Origin: Octopus vulgaris
Lineage: Eukaryota
DNA length: 64,000 nt
Assembly (NCBI GenBank): GCA_951406725.2
Contig: OX597823.1
Span: 31,682,001 to 31,746,000 of the forward strand
Direction: 5' to 3'
Below the pieces are notes generated by a model. The model searched no databases. It was not told the DNA's origin and was given only the letters and a program-made list of their open reading frames with translations. Position numbers and translations under genes: made by a program. Numbering within the stretch: the first letter of the stretch is position 1; each line of letters opens with the position of its first letter. Below are positions 12,870-26,074 of this stretch, piece by piece.

Positions 12870-13245
12870 AAGGAGTGGCTGTGTGGTAAGACGCTTGTTT
12901 CCCAACCACATGGTTCTAAGTTCAGTCCCACTGTGTAGCACTTTGGGCAAGTGTCTTTTACTACAGCCTCGGGCCAACCAAACCCTTATGAGTAGATTTG
13001 GTAGACAGAAACTGAAAGAAGCCCATCGTGTGTGTGTATCTATGTGACTGTGTTTGTTTCCCCACCATCACTTGACAATCAATGTTTAGTGTGTTTACGT
13101 CCCCATACTTTAGCAGTTCGGCAAAAGAGACTTATAGAATAAGTACTAAGCTTACAAAGAATAAGTCCTGGGGTCGATTTCTTCAACTAAAAGGCGGTGC
13201 TCCAGTATGGCTGCAGTCAAATAACTGAAACAAGCAAAAGAGTGA
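12870..13245 (+). mobile_element. SINE family A, full length
   Basis: Matches 44822-45195 throughout. Confidence 0.92.
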
Positions 13246-13619
13246 AACAACACTGCCAATGCATGTATGTGTAATCACATTTACATATCTTCATCACCTC
13301 CTCCTCCATCATCATCAGTTGTAGGTTTTATTGACATTATTTCACAGCTGGATGCTCTTCTTGTCACCAACCCTTGTTTTTATAGTAAGATATTGTTTTT
13401 ATTCCACAAATTCTCACACAGCAAAGCCAAAGAAGCTGCCTTGCTACAACTTGTACCAAAAGGTGTCATATGCAAATATATGTGGAAATAAAAGTCAACA
13501 CACACAGTCACATACCATCATAACCATCATCATTTTAAAAGGGAGCTGGCATAGAGATAAAAAAAGAACCCATCCAACTCATGCCAGCATGGAAAGCAAA
13601 CATTAAATGATGAGGAGGA

Positions 13620-13655
<36 letters not shown>

Positions 13656-13823
13656 CCAAGACAGTTAGAGGCTGTGAATCCAACCAACTAAGGGATAATA
13701 TCTATCCAATATACTGCTGGTAGAATACCCAGTTATTAATACACAAATGTTGGTTATTGCATGACAATTACCTTACTAAATATAATAACCAGGCGAGGGT
13801 AATAAGTGGTTTTGCCCTTAATT

Positions 13824-14078
13824 TATAAGGCAAGAAGAAAATGAATGGAATCCAGAGGTAGTATTCATCAGCTGTTAGACGGTATATTATGTCTATTTAT
13901 TTATTTATTTATTTAAAACAGTTTTGATAATATAGATACATTTGTAAAGTAGAAATTACTAGTACTTTACAAATGTATATACATTATCAGAACTGTTTTA
14001 AATAAATAAATAGACATAATATAATGTCTAACAGCTGATGAATACTACCTCTGGATTCCCTCCATTTTCTGCTTGCCT

Positions 14079-14082
<4 letters not shown>
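13824..14082. repeat. Long palindrome (arms about 120-128 bp, 11-nt loop)
   Basis: Arms 13824-13951 and 13963-14082 are reverse complements with few differences. Confidence 0.93.
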
Positions 14083-14110
<28 letters not shown>

Positions 14111-14215
14111 AAATGTCCAACTCATACCAGCATGGACAACAGACATTAAATGATGATGATATAATGAAAAGTATGCATAGATAACTCAAGAAATATATAT
14201 ATAAATATATAACAT

Positions 14216-14251
<36 letters not shown>

Positions 14252-15004
14252 GTCAGTCTAAGTAGCTCTCCACACAGAAACAGCATATTAAAAAAGTCTC
14301 CTGTTGAATTAATAGGTGTAAATAAATAAAGAAAGAAAAAGAAAAAGAGATGAAAAACTGAAATAGAGCAAAAAATAGCAATGTAAACAACATGAAGATT
14401 ACACATAATTATAGTATGGACATCTATCATTCAATCAGCAGCTTTGTTGATCTAATTAAACTTAATTACCACTATACATCACTTAGTGGTTGATTGTTGC
14501 AATGGCTTGGTTGTAGATAAAGCCATTATCTTATCTTAGTCATGGGGATAGAATGTGCCATCAGCACACCATGGTTGTATGTTAGGCTTACAATGGTTCC
14601 AGTCTTGTGGAGCCTAATATCAATGACAAAAGGGAGACGAGTATATACCTTGGTGTGATAAATATGGTCATTGTTATACAATTGTTATGGTGGTGAAAGG
14701 AAATTCTTGTAGCGTTTGTTTTAATTCTCTGTGATCTGTGTTCAAATCTTATCAGGCTCAACTTTGCTTTTTATCCTTTTGGGGGTGTTGATAGACAAGA
14801 TCCACTCCAAGGTAGTGAATTCACAGACTAATTAGAAAAGTCTGGGGAGATGCCTTGTGGTATCCATTTTGGTTCCTTGTGTTCTAAAGGTAACATCTAT
14901 GATGACACTTGTGCCAGGATGTCTTGGACCATGTTGGTAGAATTTCTTTCAGATAAACACTAGTGTCATAGAAAAGAGAGGCCTTCATGCATCAACACCC
15001 TATA

Positions 15005-15150
15005 TCATCATCGAACATCCGTCGTCCATGCTGGCATGGATTGGACAGTTTGACCAGGGCTAGTAAGCTGAGGGGCCAGAGACCAGACTCCAGCCTGAAC
15101 TGGCATGGCTTCTACAGCTCAATACCCTTCCTAATACTAACCACTCTAAG
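15005..15150 (-). mobile_element. RTE 3' tail
   Basis: Reverse-complement match to 42085-42230. Confidence 0.75.
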
Positions 15151-15253
15151 AGCATAATTCACTCTGAGAGAAATTCACAATGCATTTTAAAATGTATTGA
15201 ATTCTTTGTGTAGTGGTCTTCCTAATCATTCAATAAACTTTATCATACATATA

Positions 15254-15298
<45 letters not shown>

Positions 15299-15328
15299 TC
15301 ACACACAAACACATACATACATACATAC

Positions 15329-15367
<39 letters not shown>

Positions 15368-16614
15368 TTAGTTAGATAGATAGATAACTCCACCTAGCAT
15401 GATAAGAAACTCCCTCAATTTGCTACTTTCAGCTAAGTTTTGAGTTCTCTTTACTTCATCTTCGCTGACACAACCCTCAAAAGTACAAACCATGTCAACA
15501 TTCCAGTATGAAAGTAATGACTGAAGATTTCCTGTATATAAGTAGACAGACAGTCCCTCCTCCTTATACTGGCAGACATATAGAGGTGAGATTATGGTAG
15601 GTAAGTAAAAAGATAGGTAGGCACACACACACATACACACATGGGTTGATAGACAGATAGAGAAATAGATAGGTGAATAGGTAGGTTATGAGATAGATAT
15701 AGACAGACCTGGACACATATACACATAGCTAGCTAGCTAGATAGATAGATAGGTAGGTAGACAGCTAGACAGACAGATACCCAGCCTGAAGTCTCTGATA
15801 CAATTACAGGAATAGGGTGGGGTTGTGGAGGTGATTTCATTTATCTGAGGTGTTTTACATTATATGAAGAACAACAAGAAACCTGACCCTCCCTAGCTTC
15901 TCCCCTCTCTTTGTAAACTGATTCTAATGGTTGTTGGATGAATGCCATGGTAGAAGATAGAGCAATTTCATATCTGATAGGGAAGGAGGAAGAGAAGAGG
16001 TACTGTGGGGGCTAGAGTCAGTGGGTGGGGGATGAGAAGAGGGAGTGAATGGATGTTGTTATAGTAACATGCCTCACATGAGAGAAACAGACTGAGAGAG
16101 AGAGGGGGGAAGGAGGCAGGGAGGGGAAGAGAGATACAGTATACACATATTCCTTACACCAACTCTGACCAACACAACATTACCAAAGGCCAATACAACA
16201 CTATACCCTTACCAAAGGCCAATACAACACTATACCCTAACCAAAAAGTACAACAGAAGTTATCTCCATTCATTTCTTGTTTCCAGAGTTCAAGCAATAC
16301 TAGAGGGAGTTTTTATCTATGAATCATTTAGATAATCTCAGCTGAGCAAACTTTTATATCTCATTGTATTATTTATGTAAACCCTACCATATTTCTATTT
16401 AGTATGGAGGTGTTTTTGCCTCTGGGATATTCCGCCTTCTTCTCTCATTTTGTTGATGAGGGACACCCCCTTATCCCATTTTAATGATTTTCATAATCAA
16501 CTACACTCCCCCTATTTCCCTATATACTTATCATGTTTAAGTCTTGCCTTGAGAGTAGAATAAAATGTGCTAAAGAGAGACACATGTGTCCAATGATTTC
16601 ATTAGCTGGCTGAA

Positions 16615-16829
16615 GCCTTTTGCTGTTACATTTCAACTGAAAAATACATGTCTTTTGAAAATAATGAAGAATTTAGGAAAGTAACTTTGTCATTTCTAAT
16701 CTAGTGTGTGGAATATAAATGAAAATAAAATTTTGAAGGAAGATTTTAATTTTGGTCACTTTAAAACAGAGAGTTTGTATCATAAAATTGCTGAGGCAGG
16801 TAGTATTGGGCAGTGTGGTGTCAAAAGGA
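16615..16829. mobile_element. piggyBac-like MITE, diverged copy
   Basis: Internal similarity to 22766-22988 in the opposite orientation (TTTTGAAAATAATGAAGAATTT). Ends AAAAGGA-TTAA. Confidence 0.65.
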
Positions 16830-17449
16830 TTAAAGCCTAGATCCACTTTATTTTGCATTGTTTGTAGTGTCCAAAAATTTCAATTATCTGAGCTAATCAG
16901 AGTTCTCTCCCCTGCTTATTTTTTAGATTTCAAACACTGCTACATATAGAGTTCTTTGTTCTACTAGTTGCTAAGATAATCTTGTTTCATCAAAGATTTT
17001 CAACTCTGCTATATTACATATGTGAGACCCTGCCAGCTCAGCTGTTTCATCTACTACCCTGTTCATTCAGCCATTCTGTGCAAGTCTTCCTCTACCCGTC
17101 CTCCTACCCCACCTCCTCATAATACCAGAGCATGGATATTTTGGGAAGAGGACAAAGAAAGGAAGAATGTGGGAGGAGGAGATAAGAAAGCTGAACAGTA
17201 ATAAAGTCAAGACTGTACACACTGAAAGGGGTGTCATTAGACCATAATTACAATACACAATGCTATTGTTGATCCTGAGGTGGTGGTGGTGGTGGTGGTG
17301 GTACTTAGTGAGCTAAATGCAACTGAATATATGATTAAATTTAGACAACACAAAAGGGTCTCCTGATATATATAACTAAAAATATGTGGTGAATATATAT
17401 TGGTCAGTTGGTTTATATAACTAATGGTTTATATTTAATAGAGAAGACA

Positions 17450-17620
17450 TGAAATTGGCAGAATCGTTAGCAAGTCAGTCAAAATGCTTAGCAGCAGTTC
17501 TTCTGGTTCTTTAATATTCCGAGTTTAAATCTCCCCCCACCCCTTTGGGGTTAATAAAATACAGTACTGGGGTCAGTGTAATTGACTTGCCCTCTCTCCT
17601 TAAAATTTCTGGCCGTGCAC
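17450..17620 (+). mobile_element. SINE family B, diverged
   Basis: TGGCAGAATCGTTAGC..GAGTTTAAATC..GTACTGGGGTC. Confidence 0.7.
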
Positions 17621-17721
17621 TCTGCAATGGACTGGCTTCCTGTTCAGGGGGAATAAAGAGATCTGTCATTTAAATGCCAAGGAAACCAGGTAACTGACCT
17701 TAGGAGTCCTAGGGATCAAGA

Positions 17722-17995
17722 ATTATCATCATCATCATATCATTTAATGTCCACTTTCCATACTGGCATGGGTTGGATGGTTTGACTGAGTGCTGGTAAG
17801 CCAGAGGCTGCACCAGGCTCAATCTGATCTGGCAAAGCTTCTACAGCTGGATGTCCTTCCTGATGCCAACCACTCCAAGAGTGTAGTGGGTGCTTTTATG
17901 TGACACCGGCACGAAGGACAGTCAGGCGGTTCTGGCAACGACCATGCTCAAAAGGTGTTTTTTACATACTACCTGTACAGGAGCCTGGCATTGAC
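17722..17995 (-). mobile_element. RTE 3' UTR/tail
   Basis: Reverse-complement match to 41930-42230. Confidence 0.85.
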
Positions 17996-18479
17996 CACAC
18001 TCAATTTTTTTTTTTTTTGTTAGAGAATGATATTCAACCCTTGCCAGCATGGAAAATAGACATTAAATAATGATGATGATACACACATTCTTTCTCGCTT
18101 TATTTCCTCTTATTCCTTTCTGTTGAAGAGCTTAGGCTCAAAATGTAAATGACTTTTCCATTTTTCCCAAGCATCAAACTAATACACCTGTCTTCATCTT
18201 TTGTTTTTCTATCAGTTTCAACTACACACACATATATATATGTATAGTTAATCCAAACATGAACAAAGAGAAAACACAACAATGCGAGGACGTGGAACAA
18301 GTATAGTGTTATTGGATGCTCAGAAAAGGAAAGAAAATATACTAAATAGAGAAAGGTCTCATCTGTTGAGTTATATAAAGACATGTAGAAGGAACAGCTA
18401 GCAGTAACAGCATCCTTGGAATATAGAAATATAAGGCTCTCTAGAAGTAGCCGCTAGCTTCTGTTACCAAGGTAACATA

Positions 18480-19170
18480 ACAAGCAATGGAGGTGAGTGT
18501 TTAGTAAAAAAAAGGAACTAGAAGAAGAGCGGAATGGGAAAATAAAAATCAGTGAACTAAAATAACCTCAATTGGCAACAAAAATTCTGTCACTGAACAA
18601 AAGACAGATTGTATAATGCCTATGGATGAAGTATGGAATACTGAATGGTAGCAAAATATGGATATTTGTCCAGTAAACTCTATAAAGATGTTGGTCATAG
18701 GAAGGACATTAAGTCAGAGAAACCATGTCAAAAATGAAATATGTAATTGTATTGAAAGTAGAGGAAAATACAGAGTGGACAAAAATGAAGCGAACATGCT
18801 TAACTGGATGTGAAATCTTAGTGAGTACGAAGGGGAAAGAGCACAAATGAACCGAGGGAAAATTCGAATATAAAAAGGAATCAGAGATAAATTATAAGAT
18901 TATTGGAGCACGATAAAAAGCTATGATGGTATGGATATGGGATCAGTATGGAGAATGAGAGTTGGGTGAAGAAATATCAGTTAATTGAATTTTCAGAAGT
19001 TTACAGTTAATGGAAATTACAGAAAAAAAAAAACTTAAAGAAGCATACGAAGAAATGGTGAAGAGCAATCTTAAGATGGAACTTCATAAAAGGTCCAAGA
19101 GGTGGTGCTAGAAAAGACCTGTTCAACCCATATAGTTATGGGAAAAGAGCATAAAAGGTTGAAAATGATA
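18480..19170 (+). mobile_element. Highly degraded RTE-like LINE 3' portion
   Basis: EANMLNWM-like and L.WYG-like remnants, plus an ACCTGTTCAACCCAT tail-like end. Confidence 0.45.
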
Positions 19171-19185
19171 AATATATAGTCATAA

Positions 19186-19395
19186 ACCGTTTACTATATT
19201 ATTAATGAAATATAGTTTCTGTTATAATTAACTTTGAAAATAATGAAGAATTCAGTAAAGCAACTTTGCCATTTTAAGACTGCTATCTGAAACATAAATT
19301 AGCATGTAATTATGATGGGAGATTTTAATAAAGATCACATTCAAACAGGAACTTTGTATCATAGGAACAGGGGCAACGGGTTGGTGTCACAAAAG
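19186..19395. mobile_element. piggyBac-like MITE, diverged copy
   Basis: Same core (TTGAAAATAATGAAGAATT ... TTTGTATCATA). Ends AAAAG-TTAA. Confidence 0.6.
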
Positions 19396-19729
19396 TTAAA
19401 TAAAATCAGGTACTGTAGTTTCAATTCAAGAATTCAAGATTTGCTGTCAGTTTGAAATTTCAACTCAACATTTTGATAAAAGTGAAATCTCACCCCCACC
19501 CCTGTTAGCTGGCAGACAAGAAAGAAAATAATGAAAGAACTGAATAAAAATGACATTAATGTTGGCTATCTTTGAATTAAATCCAAGTCATGTTAGAGTG
19601 GTCTTATTTAGAATTTTTATCTTCAGTTTCAAAACACAATTTGCAAATTCATGTTCTTTTATCAAAGTTAACAAGGCTTAGATGATGATGATGATGATGA
19701 TGATGATGATAAATCACAAGGGTAGTTGA

Positions 19730-20200
19730 AAAGGAAGGCAAGAAATAAATACAAGATAGCCTGACTTTGGAAGATGAAAAAGGTGAAGATAGTGCCAATT
19801 ATTTACATTTTTTACATTTGACGAATATTAGTCCTCATCTTGTTTGTTGTAAATGTTTCAGCTGATATACCCTCCAGCCTTTATCAGGTGTCTTGGGGAA
19901 ATTTCAAACCTGGGTTCTCGTTCCTAAGGTATTTTTCAATGCTGTTGTTATTATTATTATTATTATTATTCAGGTAACTGCCTGGAATCTTGGGGTTAGT
20001 AGACCATGCTCTTAACCACTATGTCATATGCCTGTGGGCATATAGAACAGTGCCAATTATCGTTGGAGCTTTCAGGACAGTATAAAAAGTTATTGAGAGG
20101 AACATAAAGGAAATAGGAACAGAGTGCCCAGTTGAACTGTGGCAAAAAGTTTGCCTCCTTGGCACAGCCACAATCACCAGGAAAGTATTAGGAAGTTGCA
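19730..20200 (+). mobile_element. R4/Dong-like non-LTR element, restriction-like endonuclease C-terminus, split by the 19803-20048 insertion
   Basis: Removing the insert and one TSD restores IA*LWKMKKVKIVPIIVGAFRTV*KVIERNIKEIGTECPVELWQKVCLLGTATITRKVL. This matches the LW..VPIIVGALG..LQK..LLGTA.I.R.VL pattern. Confidence 0.8.
19803..20048 (-). mobile_element. tRNA-headed, hammerhead-bearing module (copy 2), stand-alone insertion with 12-bp TSD
   Basis: The reverse complement aligns end to end with 42649-42900, with the B-box deleted between ATTCC repeats. Flanked by AGTGCCAATTAT at 19791-19802 and 20049-20060. Confidence 0.88.
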
Positions 20201-20308
20201 GGGTACAAATAGCATGGTACTATAGGCAGCAAGCCCACTATGCATGCAAGATTCCAAGAGTTCCAACAAAACCTGAATTAAAAAAATAATTTGAAACCAA
20301 TAATAATA

Positions 20309-20527
20309 ATCCTTTCTGCTGTAGGCACAAGGCCTGAAATTTGGAGGAAGGGATTAAATCAATTACATTGACCCCAATGTATAACGGGTATTTATTTAAT
20401 CCACTTTGAAAGGATGAAAGGCAAAGTTGACATTGGTGGAATTTGAACTCAGAATGTAGTGACGAGCGAAATACTGCTAAGCATTTCGTCCAGTGTGCTA
20501 ACAATTCTGCCAGCTCGCCACCTTAAC

Positions 20528-20569
<42 letters not shown>

Positions 20570-21015
20570 CCTTTCTACTATAGGCACAAAGTTTGAAATT
20601 TTGGGGGAGTGAACTAGTCGAATACATTGACCCCAGCGCATAACACTCATTTTACTGACTCCAAGAGGATGGAAAAAGTCGACCTAGTGAAATTTGAACC
20701 CAACACATAGAGCTTGAAGAAGCACCACAAAGCATTTTGTCCAAGTTGCTACTGATTCAATCAACTTGCTCATCTGACAACAACAATTCCTTTTACTATA
20801 CAAATAAGGCCCGAAATTTTGGGAGAGGGAGCTCCGCGATTATGCTGACCCCAGAGTTCACCTGGTAACTGTTTTAGTGACCCCCAACAGGATGAAAGGC
20901 AAAGTTGTCTTTGACCAGATTCGAACCCAAAATATAAAAGATGTAGCTAAAAACAAAAAAAAAAAAAAAAAAATGATGCATGCACTTAGTTCAGTGCTCC
21001 ACCGATTATTCTACT
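20309..21015 (-). mobile_element. Three head-to-tail SINE B copies separated by (AAT)n/(AAC)n
   Basis: Copies at about 20309-20525, 20568-20775 and 20787-21015, each starting CCTTT(C/T)T(A/G)CT on the + strand. Confidence 0.85.
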
Positions 21016-21699
21016 GTACTAACAATAACAACAACACAAACCTACAAAAGCAGACAGAAGAAAGGAGGTGGGCTTATTGCTGTTTTGTTCAGCCGCAGAT
21101 CCATTCTGCTGAAGCCATTCCAGCTGTGACCATCCAGTCAGTTTCTCTTCTTCTCACACAGTGACTCTGTGACTGCATTAAGTAATGTGAGTTTTTTTTT
21201 TTTTTCTCTCTAAGTGTAATTTGAGTGAGCTTCGGCTGCTATTTCTAGTAAGTTGCACAACTTACTAGAAACCAACAGGGAGAGCTGACGTCATAATGAG
21301 GGTGTGATAGGCATTACGTGCTGTGGGTGTCAGGTAATGATTGGGTGGATTGGCAGAGGGAGGGAGATTTAATGAGAAATGTTCGTTTGAAATGTTCACA
21401 CGGAAGAAAAAAAAAATAAATATATATATACTATATATACTTTACGTGAATTTATATACTTCACAAATGTGTGTGTAATGACAGGGAAAAGACATAAAAG
21501 AAAAATGCTGATTATATAAATATAGATGTGTGTGTGTGTGTGTGTGTGTGTGAACTGGTTATTTGATATTGCTTTTCAAATGTATTTTGAGAAGTCACAA
21601 CAAAGACACAGTTTCAACTTGAACTAAGGTGTATAATGTTTATGTAGAAATGAAGATTTGTGTGTGTGTGAGTGCGTGTGGTTTTGTATGTACATGTGT

Positions 21700-22206
21700 A
21701 ACCTGCCTGAGATTGACCCTGGTTCTAAAATGAAAAAAAGAAATTTCGTTTAAATGTGATCTGAATTAAAACTTTCTATGAAAATGTTATAATTAATTTA
21801 TGCTTAAAACAGCAGTTTAATAATGGCAAATTTATTTTATTAAATTCTACATTATTTTCAAAATTAACTGAGACAAAGGTAATGTTTCTGGGTAGAAATG
21901 TGATAACAAGAGTCGAGGATGCCAACTAACATCCTAAGTACAACCCAACAATGGGCGACTCTCCAACTTTCTTTTTGTAGGGGGACTGATAACATATTAA
22001 GCTTTTTGTTGCCATAATTCAGTCGAAATACACTTCTTTTGTTTCAACTAATTTTGAAAATAATGAAAGATAACTTTGACATCTATTAAGCTTGTGTTCA
22101 GAACAGACATCGACATGTAAATTTAGTGCAAAGTTTTAATTTAAAACTGAGGAAGTTTGTTTCAAAGACCCAGGGACAGTATCAGGTAGATTTGTATGAA
22201 AAGAGT
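21700..22206. mobile_element. Two diverged piggyBac-like MITE copies in opposite orientations (about 21700-21910 and 22001-22206)
   Basis: Both share the core of 22766-22988. TTAA at 21997-22000 and 22207-22210. Confidence 0.55.
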
Positions 22207-22765
22207 TTAAGACGCAAATGCTGACTAAGCAGAAAAAAAGCGAGAGAAAAAAAAAACTAGATTAAAAATTCACTTATCTTCCAGGCAATCCTTTAAGCCA
22301 TACCCAACAACTATATTACCAAATATAACCTGTTTTTAAGTTTGTTTTCTTAACACTAAAAAAATCTATAAACAATATATGTACAAGATTTACTTGTAAC
22401 TGGGGCAACAGGAAAAAAAAATACAAATTGAACATTTTTCGTTTCTTTTCATTTTCTCTTTTTTTTTTCTTTCATAAAATCTGTTATAAAGGAAAAATAC
22501 AAATCGAAAAATTTATTGAAAATGATTCTTTGAAAAGTAATCTATATTAGTGGTAATTTATAAAAAAAAAAAAAAGTAATTCTAAAGAAATATTATTTCT
22601 ATTAAACAAAACACCTTTTAATTCATTTGTTTCAATCCTTAAAAGGATAAAAAAAGACACAAAATAATGAATTTTATTGCTAACTTAGAACTTAATACTT
22701 AAACGCTTTCGTTATCAACCTGCCAGAGACTGCCCCTTATTCTATTATACAAACTTGCTATTTAA

Positions 22766-22988
22766 CCCTTTCGTTACCAACCTGGCTGAAACCACCTCTG
22801 GCTCTGTAATACAAATGTCTTGTTTTCATTAGTTTTGAATTAAAATCTTCCACCAAACCTTAGTGACAATTTATGTTTGTAAGACTAGCTTAATGAATAA
22901 CTAAGTTATTTTACTAAATTCTTTAGTATATTTAAAATCAATTGAAAGGAACACAGAGCATCTCAAAATAAATACAGGAACAAAAGGG
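22766..22988. mobile_element. piggyBac-like MITE (best-preserved copy)
   Basis: TTAA-CCCTTTCGTTACC ... GGAACAAAAGGG-TTAA. Confidence 0.8.
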
Positions 22989-24837
22989 TTAAATATTTTG
23001 TGGGTAATAAAGAAATCATTATTATCATTATTATTTTTCTACAATAGGCACAAGGCCTAAAATTATTTTGAATATTGTGCCACCCCAAAATTTCAGGCTT
23101 TGTGTGTATTGTAGAAGAGATTATTTTTATTATTACTAAGGCAGAATCAATGGCAGATCTGACAAATTTTATTTTTCTGTCTTTCAGGATTAGTAAAAAT
23201 AAAGTACCAGTCAAGTACTGAGGTCAATGTAATTAATTAATTAATTACCCCCCCCCCCGCCCAAATTCCTAGCCGTATGCCAGTTTAGAAATAGTTGTTG
23301 TATATATTCTGTGTGTGTGTGTTTGTGTGTCTCCATTTTTTTCATTTATTGTTGAAGCCCCCTTTTTTGTAGGGTCTTTTTCATGGGGCCTTGGTACAGC
23401 TATTTCATTTGCAACATGGTTAAGTATAACACTGGAAAAAATACAACCATGTAGTTGTTTATGGGGACACACACACACAAAAAACACATGCATGTGTGTG
23501 CATAATGTAGCTAGAGAAACTAGACATGTGATTTTATAGACACAAATTAACACACACACCACATGTTCAATTTTATCATTCCTTCATCTAATACCCATTT
23601 ATTTCATGCTAGTATACATGTGTGTATGTATGTATGTATGTACAGACACTCATATGCATATATGAATACATACACACATATACACGGCTCTAATATGGAA
23701 TAAATACCAAAACAACAAAACATCGGGGGGGGGGGGCGAAGAATGCATGGATTGGTAGCGGTGGTGGTGATGGTTGTGGAGGGAACTGTAATTTTTTTAT
23801 TTCTTTATTTGTTTATTGTGGTTATTTGTAGGATTGAAAATGAGACCTGGTCTCTATAATTTGGGGACAGAACTGCAGACACACACACACACACACACAT
23901 GCAAACCAACATACAGTCATGGTTATTATTGTCATCAAGTGAAATCCTGTCCATTAAACACCATGTCCACCACAACCACCACCAACAACAACTACTAAGT
24001 GGTGAATGGGCCGCCACTTCCACCACCGCTACCACGACCACCACTGCCAGCCAAAAATAATCATTTAATAGCTAGCTATATATATTAGTTAAATTGCACA
24101 TTTGATGACTAAACTAAACTCTATACCATTAGATGCAGTAATAATGGTAGCCGTGGCAAAAACCACCTGTTACTAATCACAAAATCCACAAATACCATAT
24201 TACAGCTAGACTAAGCTTTGCTGATAAGGTATAAGGCTGAAACATGAGCAGAGTTATCATTACTGTACTACAAAAGATTAATGTCACTCTGCAGTGCATT
24301 CCATTTTATATTAATTTAAATTCCAGGATTATCTCCCATGACTTTCTTGAGCAGAGTTAATCATTTGACTAATGAGCTTTTCCCTTTCCTTCATTGCCAA
24401 AAGCATCTGTTTATTTGTTCAAATCAAATCCATTTGTTGTTGCGTACCTAGACAAATGGGTTAAGCAAATATGTTATTGAATATTTGGTTGAGATACAGG
24501 GTAGTTGATGTTAGGAAGAGCATCCAGGTATAAAAACCATGCCAAAACAGACACAGAAGCATGGTGCAGGCTTCTACCTGGCCTGCTTCTGTCTAACTGT
24601 CCAACCCATAGCAGCATGGAAGGAGGACGATGAAGATGAGATATACATGTTTAGATGTATGTATACATATGGACATAGATATATGCCTGTTTCTATCCCT
24701 CTGTCACACTCTAACTTCTCATCACCTAGCACAAGACCACATCCTCCAATAACCCACTTCTCAAAAGATCTTTGTCTTGCAAGTTACTTGGTGACGTCCA
24801 CCAGTGCTGGTGCCCTGTAAGAAGCATTCAATCCACA

Positions 24838-24972
24838 CTCTGCACATTTTCAGTGTTTATTGCTCCTGAGCATCTGCCACATACAAAAACTATCTTCCCA
24901 GTTAGCCTTCCTTTGATGTTGCTGCACCTCTTATGTGTCCATAGATTACAGCTTACACTGGGTACATCTTAT
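24838..24972 (-). mobile_element. Internal RTE fragment (PHD-finger region)
   Basis: The reverse complement encodes RCTQCK and WTHKRCSNIKGRLTGKIVFVCGRC, matching 41047-41140. Confidence 0.85.
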
Positions 24973-25166
24973 ATACATATACATATATCTAAATTGAGAG
25001 AACAAAGCAGGTAAAATCCGGGCTACATATGTTTCCTAGCTAGCAGAACCTCTGATGCAATGATTAGTCATTGAGGGGTACTCCACCAGCTACTCACCAA
25101 GCTGAAGCTATCTTTATTCGCATTCATAGCAACCGTAAATGCTAACCATGAATTATAAAATACAAT

Positions 25167-25227
<61 letters not shown>

Positions 25228-25256
25228 AATAATATAAATAATATATATGCATAACA

Positions 25257-25560
25257 CCATTGTGCTTCAGAACCAGTTACTGCAACAGCCTGGGTTTCAG
25301 GGGCCCACAGTGTTTTCATATTCTCCCAAAGAGCCTGAGGAACCTGCACAAAGTAGATGCAGGCGTTTTTAAATCCAGGCTGCACCTTTTCCTGTCGTGG
25401 GTCCCAGATGAACCTACCTCACGGCAAGAGGTGCAAATGAGGGTAGCTACATCAAACTCCATTCTTCACCAAGTGCCACATATTGGAGGAGGCTCTCAGT
25501 AATAACAGTGTAGCAAAACAGCAGTGCATCAGCATGGCTGCAGCTTTGAGCTGAAACTAT
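25257..25560 (+). mobile_element. CR1/L2-group LINE ORF2 C-terminus and 3' end
   Basis: NSLGFRGPQCFHILPKSLRNL..VFKSRLHLFLSWVPDEP..RVATSNSILHQ matches the N.LP..LR / FK..LD.FL..VPDEP / SNSL pattern. Confidence 0.75.
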
Positions 25561-26074
25561 AGCAAAAAAAAAAAAAGCTACACATATATGTATATATACA
25601 AGCATATATGGGTACAAGACATCAAAAAACATAGACAAAATGATAAATGAGACAGGCAACATAAAGAACATTCCCTTCATCAGTTGTCCCCTGTTTTATC
25701 TGCTCCACATTTTGAGGGTAGGGACAAGACGCGACTTCAATAAAACAGTCCTTCTTGCAAAGCAAATTTAATAAAATTTGGGATTTTTTGTGGAGGGTGA
25801 AAGTGGTAACAAAATCAAGACAGTGAGAACAAAACAGCAAAAACAAACGGTGAGGGCTGTTAAACCAAGATGATGTGAAGTGGTGAATGCTGGAAAAACA
25901 AGCTTTTGGAGAGACAGGTAAAAAAGCACATCTTGTCTTTAGGAAGGAAGTGGAAGAAAAATATATATATAATAAAGAGAGAGAGAGAATGAATGATGTC
26001 GATAAACACAATTAGGTTGATATATATAATTTTACATACATATATATACACATATAGATATATATAGGTATATA

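Noticed and set aside
15394-15532. Possible minus-strand exon (ACAG|G..NLQSLLSYWNVDMVCTFEG..)
   Set aside because: Weak donor (GTGGAG), poor polypyrimidine tract and no recognisable homology; it needs RNA-seq support.
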